Below are positions 38,775 through 47,646 of a stretch of DNA of 64,000 bases, in pieces; position 1 is the first letter of the stretch; each line of letters begins with the position of its first letter. The position numbers and the translations under genes are program-made. The notes under the pieces were generated by a model. It made no database searches and was not told the origin of the DNA. It saw only the letters and a program-made list of their open reading frames with translations. The stretch covers positions 417,231-481,230 of the forward strand of contig JABLYA010000001.1 of NCBI GenBank assembly GCA_013177855.1, given 5' to 3'. The stretch comes from Ignavibacteria bacterium. Its GTDB lineage: Bacteria; Bacteroidota; Ignavibacteria; Ch128b.

Positions 38775-40382
38775 CTATTTTAGATAAATCATCTTTTTTA
38801 TTAATTCTTTGCTTGAGCTTTGAAGTTTATAAATATAAATTCCCGAAGGTAATTTATCTGCATTAAAAACAGTCTGGTAGTGTCCCTTTTTAAGATAATC
38901 ATTTACGAGGGTTTTTATTTTTTGACCTAGTAAATTAAAAATTTCTAAACGAACAAAATCATCTTCAGGTATTTCAAATTCAATGTTTGTTTGAGAATTG
39001 AAAGGATTTGGAAAATTTTGAGCAAGATAAAAATTCTTTATCGTTTTCGTTTGAGTTTCTCTCTCAACATCAAGTAATTGATTTATATTAACCCGTGCAG
39101 TCCAGAGTTGGTAGTTACCTGTCGAGTTATCCATCCAGATAGGAATTAAGTAATTATCAATTGATGTTAAAGCAATCAAATCTCCTTGATATCCCTGTCC
39201 AAGTCCACCAATTGCTTCAGGTTTGAAATTATGATCACTAATTTGGTAATCAACAAAAGAATTACCGCCATCAGTTGATCTTGAAAGAAAAACTCCAGTT
39301 GAGTCTGATGTTGTGTTTCTATCATCATAATAAAGAATATTAATTGCGCCATATTGATCTATTGTTAAAGCTGGGAAGTACTGTATTTTTCCATTATTTA
39401 ATTGATCTTGATTTACTCTGATTGGTCCTTGCCAGCTTAAACCTTTATCTGTTGAACGATATAAAATCACATCAGGATCTCTACCTGCAGCACCAAAATT
39501 TTTTTGAGTGGTAACAATATAAATCCATCCGTCTCGCTCACCACCTATTGTATCAATTGCAATTTTGGGTTGTCCATTTACTCGAATATTTTGTTTTTCC
39601 GGTAATTGTCCTTGAATTCCATTAACTGCAAAAGCTTTTTCAGTGACTTGCCATGTTGCACCGCCATCTGTTGACTTTGCAAATCCTATGAATTGTTCTT
39701 GAAATGGAGAACTAGCAGCAACAACCGCCCAAGTCAGATAGACTTCACCATTTTTGCCAATAACAATATCTCCGCCAGCACATCGTTGAGTAGGATTATT
39801 AATTTGTCTCGGCTGTGACCAGGTTATTCCACCGTCATCACTATATGAAAAGTAAAGAGCATACGGCGGATTAAATCGAACCCACACTGAATATGTTCTT
39901 CCATAAAATGGACTGTTAGGGAAAACGTCTGATGCAAGAATTGCTCTTTCTAGGTCATGATCATTTATTGCATTCTGAAATGACCAGGTTTTTCCAAAAT
40001 CTGTTGAATAATGTACATAAAGACCAACAAATGGTGAACGACCTAACCTTGTCAAGATAAATGTTCCATTTTTATCGATAGCAACTGCAGGATCACCACC
40101 ATGAAAATTTATGTATTCACCTTTGCATGTATCTGAACCAAACCAATTCAATCCCGCATTTGTTGAAACATATACACCTTCAGAAACAAAAAATGGAAGG
40201 AATTTAATTGTATTCGCTGAAACAAATAAAGTATTTCTATCGTGAGGATGACGAACTACAACAGGTTCTGTTTGAGAAATAGAAGAGGGGTAAAGAAGAA
40301 AATTCTTCACCCCCGTGTTTTGAAAGGATTGAGAAAATACTTCAGCACCAAAAACTAAAAGAAGACAAATAATAAAAATCAT
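38775..40382 (-). CDS. BNR/Asp-box beta-propeller (sialidase-like) secreted protein with T9SS type A C-terminal domain
   Basis: Six Asp boxes (STNAGLNW, STDFGKTW, SDDGGITW, STDGGATW, STDKGLSW, STDGGNSF); YQGD motif; QNFPNPFN...SGIYIYKL...KKMIYLK. Confidence 0.85.
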   Translation of the reverse strand: MIFIICLLLVFGAEVFSQSFQNTGVKNFLLYPSSISQTEPVVVRHPHDRNTLFVSANTIKFLPFFVSEGVYVSTNAGLNWFGSDTCKGEYINFHGGDPAVAIDKNGTFILTRLGRSPFVGLYVHYSTDFGKTWSFQNAINDHDLERAILASDVFPNSPFYGRTYSVWVRFNPPYALYFSYSDDGGITWSQPRQINNPTQRCAGGDIVIGKNGEVYLTWAVVAASSPFQEQFIGFAKSTDGGATWQVTEKAFAVNGIQGQLPEKQNIRVNGQPKIAIDTIGGERDGWIYIVTTQKNFGAAGRDPDVILYRSTDKGLSWQGPIRVNQDQLNNGKIQYFPALTIDQYGAINILYYDDRNTTSDSTGVFLSRSTDGGNSFVDYQISDHNFKPEAIGGLGQGYQGDLIALTSIDNYLIPIWMDNSTGNYQLWTARVNINQLLDVERETQTKTIKNFYLAQNFPNPFNSQTNIEFEIPEDDFVRLEIFNLLGQKIKTLVNDYLKKGHYQTVFNADKLPSGIYIYKLQSSSKELIKKMIYLK

Positions 40383-42517
40383 AAAGTATATCCGAGGTGT
40401 ATGTTTATGAAATACATTCTTGGTTCACCGAGTTCATAAAATCTGTTAGATGTTGAGTTTATATTGATGAAACCAACATATCTTTTATCGAATATATTAT
40501 TCACACCAGTACTCAACAAGACATTTACTCTTCCAAATCTTTGATCAATTCCAATCATAAAATTGAGAAGATTATAAGAATCGGTTTTTTCTGAATTTAC
40601 ATCATTTACATACATTCCACTAATATATTGATAGCTCAATTTTGAAAAGAAATCTGTATTAAGTGCTAATGATTTTTCATAAGTCAATGCAATGTTTAAG
40701 TTATGTTCAGGAACGCTTGGAACAACATTTCCAGAATAGTTTTGCTCTGTGATTACAAAATTGTTTTGATTACCAGTTATAGCTTGTGCTGTGTATTCTA
40801 CATAACGGAAAAGTGAATAAGTATAACTTGTCTTTAATCTAAAACCATACATTAATTTTGAGTCACTACCAAATTCAATTCCTCTTCTCCATGTTTTAGC
40901 AGCATTTCGGTAAAATACACTTCCAAAAACTTCGAATGGAACAATTTCATCTCTAATTACACTGCTGAATAAAGTAAGATCAAATGTATTGTCTGAAAAA
41001 ACTGGTAAATCAACAAATTTTAATCTTCCTTTTAAGCCGAGTTCGAAGTTTGTTGAAAATTGTGGTTTCAAATCGGGATTAAGTAATCCAGCTCCAGCAT
41101 CTGAACTTAACGGGAAATTATCAAGCTCATTTCCTGCTGGCACATCAAAACTGTATCCTGCTGAACCATAAATTGCAAGATCAGGGTGTAACTTATAATT
41201 CAATCCAAGTTTAGGAGTGAACGCATTAAACTTTCTAATTGAATTCCTCGACTCGGCAAGTCTATCTATATCATAGAAAGTTACATTATCATATCGTCCA
41301 CTAATTAAAAGATTTAATTTATCAGGTATAAGCGAATATGTATCAAGCAAGAATAAACCAGCATTAGAAATTGTTTCATTTGTTATTCCACGCAGCACAT
41401 CTGTCTTTAGTCCATTTACATTTGAATAAACTTCAATTGGTCCGGTTTGATAAAATAAATCAATTCCAGCGGTGAACTCATTTTTCTTACCAAGGAATAA
41501 TGTCCTGTTTGTATATTTAGATGTTCCACCCACACCCCATCTATTAAAAATCCTAAATCTCCTATCAACTCTTTCAAAGTATTTGATTGTTCCATAACCA
41601 GAAATTTCAATTTCGTTAGCATTATTTTCACCCCAGAATTTATTATATCTCAAACCTACTCTGCCCTTTCTCGAATATCTTCGGTAATCAAAATTTTTTT
41701 CATCAGGTGCAGCTTGAAATGGATCTTGTTGATATTCTGCAAGTTTCAATGAACCCGGAAGTTTTATCATACCATCAACAAAATATCCAAGAACTTCTAA
41801 TCTGGAATTATCTCCAGGAGTTACTTCAAACACGGTATTTAAGATGTTCCAAAAATCAGGGCTATGTTCACGATATCCTTCGTAATTATGGTAAGTGTAA
41901 GTCATTATCAACCCGGCGTTTTTCGATCTTAAATTTACTTTAAAACCATTTCGTCGCAAACCATAACTACCAATTTCATTAAATTGAGTCACATAATTTA
42001 CTGGCGAATAAACATTATTAATGAAATTTACAACTCCACCTGGAGCGTTTGTATAAAGTGATGACGAGTTGCCTTTTACAATCTCAATTCTACCAACAGC
42101 GTTAAAATCAATTGCCTCAATTCTTGTTTGACCATCTGGTTCAGATTCTGGGATACCATCAAGTAAAATTCTCACTCCTCGAATTCCGGTATTCGATCTA
42201 CTTCCAAAACCTCGAATTGAAATTCTGACATCATGATTTCCATATCTTGACTGCATAAAAACACCCGGCACAAATCCGAGCACATCGTTAATTGATGTCT
42301 TCTTATCAAATTTATAATTCAGGTTTGTTAATGTAGTAACTGAATACGGAATATCGATTGCTCGCTGGTATGTTCTTGTTCCTGTAACCACAACTTCTTC
42401 AAGCTGATATGATATTGTATCTGATTTTGGAATTAGATAGTATTTATCATCATACTTTTGCTGTGCAAAAGAAAGTAATGGAATTAGAAGAGACAATAAA
42501 ATATAATGAAGCTTCAT
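40379..42517 (-). CDS. TonB-dependent receptor (YncD-like)
   Basis: LEEVVVTGTR TonB box; ISIRGFGSR...GIRGVRILLDGIP; RIEIVKG..SSLY.NA.GGVVN; GVNNIFDKRY...PRMY. Confidence 0.92.
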   Translation of the reverse strand: MKLHYILLSLLIPLLSFAQQKYDDKYYLIPKSDTISYQLEEVVVTGTRTYQRAIDIPYSVTTLTNLNYKFDKKTSINDVLGFVPGVFMQSRYGNHDVRISIRGFGSRSNTGIRGVRILLDGIPESEPDGQTRIEAIDFNAVGRIEIVKGNSSSLYTNAPGGVVNFINNVYSPVNYVTQFNEIGSYGLRRNGFKVNLRSKNAGLIMTYTYHNYEGYREHSPDFWNILNTVFEVTPGDNSRLEVLGYFVDGMIKLPGSLKLAEYQQDPFQAAPDEKNFDYRRYSRKGRVGLRYNKFWGENNANEIEISGYGTIKYFERVDRRFRIFNRWGVGGTSKYTNRTLFLGKKNEFTAGIDLFYQTGPIEVYSNVNGLKTDVLRGITNETISNAGLFLLDTYSLIPDKLNLLISGRYDNVTFYDIDRLAESRNSIRKFNAFTPKLGLNYKLHPDLAIYGSAGYSFDVPAGNELDNFPLSSDAGAGLLNPDLKPQFSTNFELGLKGRLKFVDLPVFSDNTFDLTLFSSVIRDEIVPFEVFGSVFYRNAAKTWRRGIEFGSDSKLMYGFRLKTSYTYSLFRYVEYTAQAITGNQNNFVITEQNYSGNVVPSVPEHNLNIALTYEKSLALNTDFFSKLSYQYISGMYVNDVNSEKTDSYNLLNFMIGIDQRFGRVNVLLSTGVNNIFDKRYVGFININSTSNRFYELGEPRMYFINIHLGYTL

Positions 42518-42579
42518 ACTTCCTCCACTTAAGTTTTTTTACAATAAAAGAATTTAATTCTAATTAATTAGTTGGCTGA

Positions 42580-43125
42580 TTAGAAAAATAATCGTGGAGG
42601 AGGATCAGGAATGATGAGACAAAAATCAAGAGGATTTTCAGAATTTAAAGAAATACTGATTGAATAATTTTGTTGAAGAAAATTATTTAAATCTTGAATA
42701 ACGAAAAATTCAGTTTGAAGTGAGCTTAACAATTGTTTTATTGGTAGTGGTAAATCCTGGCGGTGTTCATTATTTACAATATAACTAACAAATATTGCCT
42801 CTAAATTTTCTTCTTTTGTGTCATTAATGCACTTATAATAAATAGAATCTCCCGACTCCCATATTGTAATTATATCATACATCTTTCCGTTATACTTAAA
42901 CTCATGATCTTCTATGAAATCCAGTTTAATTTTACCATTTAATAAATCTTTTTTTGAAAAACCTAGAACATCTACAACCTGATTAAAATTATTCTTTTTT
43001 ATTTGTTCTTTGATAGCCCTTTTGTGATAAAATTTAATTTGATTATAAATGATAATTATTCCCACCGAGTTGGAAACAGTAAAAACTACAATTAAAAAAA
43101 ATATTAGAAGATTTTTTAATCGCAT
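42580..43125 (-). CDS. Hypothetical membrane-anchored protein ending in PDPPPR (candidate leader of the TBDR)
   Basis: N-terminal TM; HEFKYNGKMYDII...CINDTKE core; C-terminal IIPDPPPRLFF; 62 nt upstream of the TBDR start. Confidence 0.7.
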   Translation of the reverse strand: MRLKNLLIFFLIVVFTVSNSVGIIIIYNQIKFYHKRAIKEQIKKNNFNQVVDVLGFSKKDLLNGKIKLDFIEDHEFKYNGKMYDIITIWESGDSIYYKCINDTKEENLEAIFVSYIVNNEHRQDLPLPIKQLLSSLQTEFFVIQDLNNFLQQNYSISISLNSENPLDFCLIIPDPPPRLFF

Positions 43126-43233
43126 AAATTACCGGTCATAATCTATTGAAATTTACAAAATTCGAGAAAAATTTTTTAACAAGATCTTTGAAAAGAAACC
43201 CTTAAAAGTTAAAAGAGAGGGACATGAATGAAA

Positions 43234-44239
43234 TTACAAACGAATTTCTTTATTATTTTTTGCTGATTTATAAATAGCTTCAATTAACTTTATTCTCAAA
43301 ACGGCTTCGTGAATTGTAGAGACCCAGTTTCCTAAGCCATTTACAGCAGCAAAAAAGTGTTTCAATTCATTTTCATAAGACTTTAAATAAAGATTTGAAG
43401 ATGAACTACGGTGTGAATTAGTTAATTCCATTTGGGAGGTTCCAATTTGTTTGAAAATCCTTAAGGGATTTAGTAGACCAACACCATCAACACCGAATAA
43501 ATTGAAATAAAAAAACTCATTTTCACTGCTTAAAATCCAGCTGACCTCAAAGTTTATTACCTGATCATCTTTTGTTTTAATCATTGCGACTGCAGAATCC
43601 TCAACATTTTTAGTTGTATGGAAGAAATTATAAGCACATACAGAATAAACTTCTGGATAATTTAACATCCACATGGCAAGGTCAATAATATTTATTGCCA
43701 GATCCATTATAACTCCACCGCCTGCATAATTTTTATTAACAAACCATGACTGGGCGGAACTTCGTGGTCTGAACCATCCTGTGCGTACTAAATATGGTTT
43801 CCCAAATTCATTTGCTTCAACTAGACTTTTCAAAAGCATTGCATCAGGACGAAATCTCGTATTAAAACCAACCATTAAATTTGTATTATTTTTTTCTAAT
43901 ACTTTTCTTAATTCTTCAGCTTCTTTATACGATCGTGTAACTGGTTTTTCAACAAACAAATTTTTACAATATTGACTTGCGTATTCAGCAATTTCTTTGT
44001 GAGTATTTGTTGGAGTTAAGATCATTACTGCGTCAAATTCATTTTCCTCGAAGAATCTGGTTAAGTCATCATAGGTTTTTTTTTATATCATACTTTTCTT
44101 TAATGATAGAGAGTTTTCTTTTGTCAATATCACATATCGCTTCAATTTCAACATTATTTAGTTTCTTAAGAATTGGCAGATGAATAATTTGAGCTACCGC
44201 TCCACATCCAATAATGCCGACCTTAATTTGTTTTTTCAT
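43234..44239 (-). pseudogene. Gfo/Idh/MocA oxidoreductase split by a one-base frameshift in an A9 tract
   Basis: ATG 44239 gives MKKQIKVGIIGCGAVAQIIHLP...KYDIKKNL*; removing one A from the run at 44076-44084 gives ...DIKKTYDDLTRFFEENEFDAVMILTPT...VEKP and a 334-aa intact protein. Confidence 0.85.
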
Positions 44240-44247
44240 AAATAAAC

Positions 44248-46155
44248 CTAGTTATTTTCTGAAAAATGTTTATGCAACGAATGTAATTCAGCTCTTACTT
44301 TAGCAGCGATTCCTTTAGGATCAATTCCTAGCATAGCATGCAGTTCTTGCTGTGTTCCATGATCAATAAATTGATCCGGCAGACCAACCAACTCTATATC
44401 ATTTTTAGCATCCACTTTAGCTGCAAACTCTAACACTGCAGAACCTAATCCGCCAATAATCGTATTTTCTTCAAGAACAAAAATCTTTTCAAATCGTTTG
44501 AAAATATCTAATAATAATTCTTCATCAAGCGGTTTTACAAATCTCATATTAACTACTTCACAATAGATATCATCTTTGGCTAAATTCTCCGCTGCAATGT
44601 TTGCGTAATTTACCATACTTCCAATTGCGAGCAATGCAACATCATTTCCTTGTCTTAAAATTTCTCCTTTGCCTATTGGGATTTTTTCAAATTCTTTTTT
44701 GATTGGCACTCCCAACGCACTACCTCGTGGATATCTTAAAGCTATTGGGCCTTTTCGATATTCAATGGCAGTATATAACATATTTCTAAGTTCTGCTTCA
44801 TCCTTTGGCGCCATTAGTACCATTCCGGGGATTAATCTTAAATAAGTAAGATCAAATGCACCATGGTGGGTTGGACCATCTGCCCCTACAAGTCCAGCTC
44901 TATCAAGGACAAAAACAACGGGTAATTTTTGAATTGCCACATCATGTATAATTTGATCAAATGCTCTTTGTAAGAAGGTAGAATAAATTGCAACAACAGG
45001 AATAATTCCTTCGGTTGCAAGTCCAGCTGCAAATGTTACCGCATGCTGTTCAGCAATACCAACATCAAAAAATCTTTCTGGAATTTCTCTTTGAAGAATA
45101 TCCAGCCCAGTTCCATCAGGCATTGCTGCCGTAATGCCAACAACTTTTTCATTCATTCTGGCAATTTCAACAAGAGTTTCGCCAAAGATTTTAGTGTAGC
45201 TTGGAACATCAGATTTTTTGATTGCTTTTCCAGTAACTTTGTCAAATGGAGTTACGCCATGTAACTTTTGAGAATCCTCTTCTGCAGGTTTATATCCTTT
45301 GCCTTTCTGAGTTGTAATGTGAACTAAAATAGGACCTTTTAAGTCTTTTACGTGACGGAAAATTTTAACTAATTGTTGAATATTATGCCCATTAAATGGA
45401 CCAAAATATCTAAATCCTAACGCTTCGAATAAAGCACCCGGCGTTACAATTGCTTTAATTCCACCTTCCACTCTTCCAACTACTTTTCTAATTCTATCCC
45501 CAATTTCATCAAATTTATGAGTCAGTTCCCAGACTTGGGCTTTGAACTTATTAAACTGTGGTGATGAAGTTATCTCAGTAAAATATTTTGAAAATTGCCA
45601 AACATTCGGAGCGATAGACATATTATTATCATTCAAAACAACAATTAAATCTCTTTTTTGAATACCTGCATTATTCATTGCTTCATAAACCATTCCGCCG
45701 GTCATTGCACCATCGCCGACAATGGCAACAACTTTAAATTTTTCATTCAAGAAATCTCGAGCCGTTGCAATTCCGAGTGCAGCAGAAATTGCAGTGCTTG
45801 CATGACCCGCTCCAAAAACATCATATTCACTTTCTGTTCTTTTTAGAAATCCACTGATTCCACCAAATTGTCGAATTGTTTTAAGTGCCTCTCTCCTGCC
45901 TGTAATTATCTTATGTGGGTATGCTTGATGACCTGTATCCCAGACAAGTTTATCATAGGGCGTGTTAAAAACATAGTGCAGAGCAACTGTTAACTCAACT
46001 GCGCCCAGACCAGCACCTAAATGTCCTCCTGTTTTAGAGACAACATCAATCATATAATCACGGATTTCTTCACAGACAAATTTTAATTCTGTAACAGGAA
46101 TATTTTTCAAATCTGCCGGGGAATCGATTTTCGTGAGATATTTATATTCTTTCAT
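44248..46155 (-). CDS. dxs: 1-deoxy-D-xylulose-5-phosphate synthase
   Basis: GGHLGAGLG, WDTGHQAYPHK, GDGAMTGG, NDNNMSI, DVGIAEQHA, GADGPTHHG, RYPRG. Confidence 0.97.
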   Translation of the reverse strand: MKEYKYLTKIDSPADLKNIPVTELKFVCEEIRDYMIDVVSKTGGHLGAGLGAVELTVALHYVFNTPYDKLVWDTGHQAYPHKIITGRREALKTIRQFGGISGFLKRTESEYDVFGAGHASTAISAALGIATARDFLNEKFKVVAIVGDGAMTGGMVYEAMNNAGIQKRDLIVVLNDNNMSIAPNVWQFSKYFTEITSSPQFNKFKAQVWELTHKFDEIGDRIRKVVGRVEGGIKAIVTPGALFEALGFRYFGPFNGHNIQQLVKIFRHVKDLKGPILVHITTQKGKGYKPAEEDSQKLHGVTPFDKVTGKAIKKSDVPSYTKIFGETLVEIARMNEKVVGITAAMPDGTGLDILQREIPERFFDVGIAEQHAVTFAAGLATEGIIPVVAIYSTFLQRAFDQIIHDVAIQKLPVVFVLDRAGLVGADGPTHHGAFDLTYLRLIPGMVLMAPKDEAELRNMLYTAIEYRKGPIALRYPRGSALGVPIKKEFEKIPIGKGEILRQGNDVALLAIGSMVNYANIAAENLAKDDIYCEVVNMRFVKPLDEELLLDIFKRFEKIFVLEENTIIGGLGSAVLEFAAKVDAKNDIELVGLPDQFIDHGTQQELHAMLGIDPKGIAAKVRAELHSLHKHFSENN

Positions 46156-46397
46156 TCTTCCTCTTCACCATTATTTTCCAATTTAGTTTTTTTAATCATT
46201 CCATTTAGTTCACGCTTGAGCTGATTCACTTTCAACTCAGCTTGATTAAGAGTTTCAAGCAATCTTTTCGAGAGAATTACACCCTCTTCGAAAAGTTTTA
46301 ATGATTCTTCCAGAGTAATGTCTCCTGATTCCAATTTGAGAGCGATTTCCTCGAGTCTTTCAAAATCTTTTTCAAAAGATGATTTCGATTTAGCCAT
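46152..46397 (-). CDS. xseB: Exodeoxyribonuclease VII small subunit
   Basis: SFEKDFERLEEIA..LESGDITLEESLKLFEEG. Confidence 0.93.
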   Translation of the reverse strand: MAKSKSSFEKDFERLEEIALKLESGDITLEESLKLFEEGVILSKRLLETLNQAELKVNQLKRELNGMIKKTKLENNGEEEE

Positions 46398-47574
46398 TGA
46401 TCTTTACCTTCCCGTCATAAAATTCAATTTCTGTTGAATAGTTTTGAGCGAACAAGCTCTTTCTCGAAATAATTTTATCGTTTTGTCTGACAATTGCAAA
46501 CCCTTTTGATAAAGTAAGTTTCGGATCAGACAGGTTAATTGTATTTTCAAGTTTTCTTAATAATTGTTTTTTATCGTTCAAAAAGTTTTGAATTGATTGA
46601 TTAAATCTAAAAAAAGTGAAATCAAATTTTTGCTGATTGTTATTTAATAGTGATTCAGGCAGCACAAAAGAGTAACTCCTTAACTGACCGTATAAATTTT
46701 CCTTTTTTCTTCTCAAAAAATCTTTTATCAATTTATAGAGCGCCTCGTCGTATTCATTTAACAATTCAACTAATTGTTCAAGTCTTGGAGTTACAAGTTC
46801 AGCAGCTGCAGTGGGTGTTGCTGCTCTCAAGTCAGCGACAAAATCAGCAATTGTAAAATCAACTTCGTGACCAATCCCTGTTACAATTGGGATTTTAGAA
46901 CGAAAAATGGCTCTCGCAGTAACTTCTTCATTAAATGCCCAGAGATCTTCTAAAGAACCTCCTCCACGACAGAGAATTATAACATCAACATCGCCATATT
47001 CATTCATTAAATCTAAAGCATTTGAAATTTCGTTTGCTGCGCCCTCACCCTGAACAGAAGTATGCGCTAAAACAACTTCAACTACTGGAAATCTTCGCCT
47101 GATTACAGCCAAAACATCCCGCAATGCTGCACCATCTTTGCTTGTAACTATGCCTATTCTTGAAGGAATTTTGGGTATTGGTTTTTTAAATCTCTCATCA
47201 AATAATCCTTCTGCGGCTAATTTTCTTTTGAGAGCTTCAAAGGCAATCTGTAATTCACCTACTCCGAGCGGTTTCATTGAAGAAACTTCAATCTGATAAC
47301 TGCCTCTTGGCTCGTAAACATTTATTCTTCCAGTTACAATTATCTTCATTCCATCTTGTGGAGTGAAGAAAACATAAGAATTCAATCCACGCCACATTAC
47401 GCAGCTTATCTGAGAATTCTCATCTTTAAGCGAAAAATACCAGTGACCTGATTGATATGCTTTAAAGTTAGAGATCTCACCGACAACTGTAATGTAATCA
47501 AAACTTGTCTCTAAAAGGATTTTGATTTCTCTATTAATCTCGGAGACAGAATAAATTTTTGCTTGATTTACCAT
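46390..47574 (-). CDS. xseA: Exodeoxyribonuclease VII large subunit
   Basis: GEISNFK...SGHWYFSLKD, RGGGSLEDLWAFNEE, GHEVDFTIADFVAD.RA.TPTAAAE. Confidence 0.96.
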   Translation of the reverse strand: MVNQAKIYSVSEINREIKILLETSFDYITVVGEISNFKAYQSGHWYFSLKDENSQISCVMWRGLNSYVFFTPQDGMKIIVTGRINVYEPRGSYQIEVSSMKPLGVGELQIAFEALKRKLAAEGLFDERFKKPIPKIPSRIGIVTSKDGAALRDVLAVIRRRFPVVEVVLAHTSVQGEGAANEISNALDLMNEYGDVDVIILCRGGGSLEDLWAFNEEVTARAIFRSKIPIVTGIGHEVDFTIADFVADLRAATPTAAAELVTPRLEQLVELLNEYDEALYKLIKDFLRRKKENLYGQLRSYSFVLPESLLNNNQQKFDFTFFRFNQSIQNFLNDKKQLLRKLENTINLSDPKLTLSKGFAIVRQNDKIISRKSLFAQNYSTEIEFYDGKVKING

Positions 47575-47646
47575 TTAAATTTTGCTGTTTGTGTAAACAA
47601 ATTACAAAAATTGATTTTGTTAGAAAAACGATCGATGGTCAAGAGG

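Noticed and set aside
43234..44025. 263-aa oxidoreductase as a complete gene
   Set aside because: Lacks the NAD-binding N-terminus, which lies upstream in another frame (frameshift at 44076-44084)
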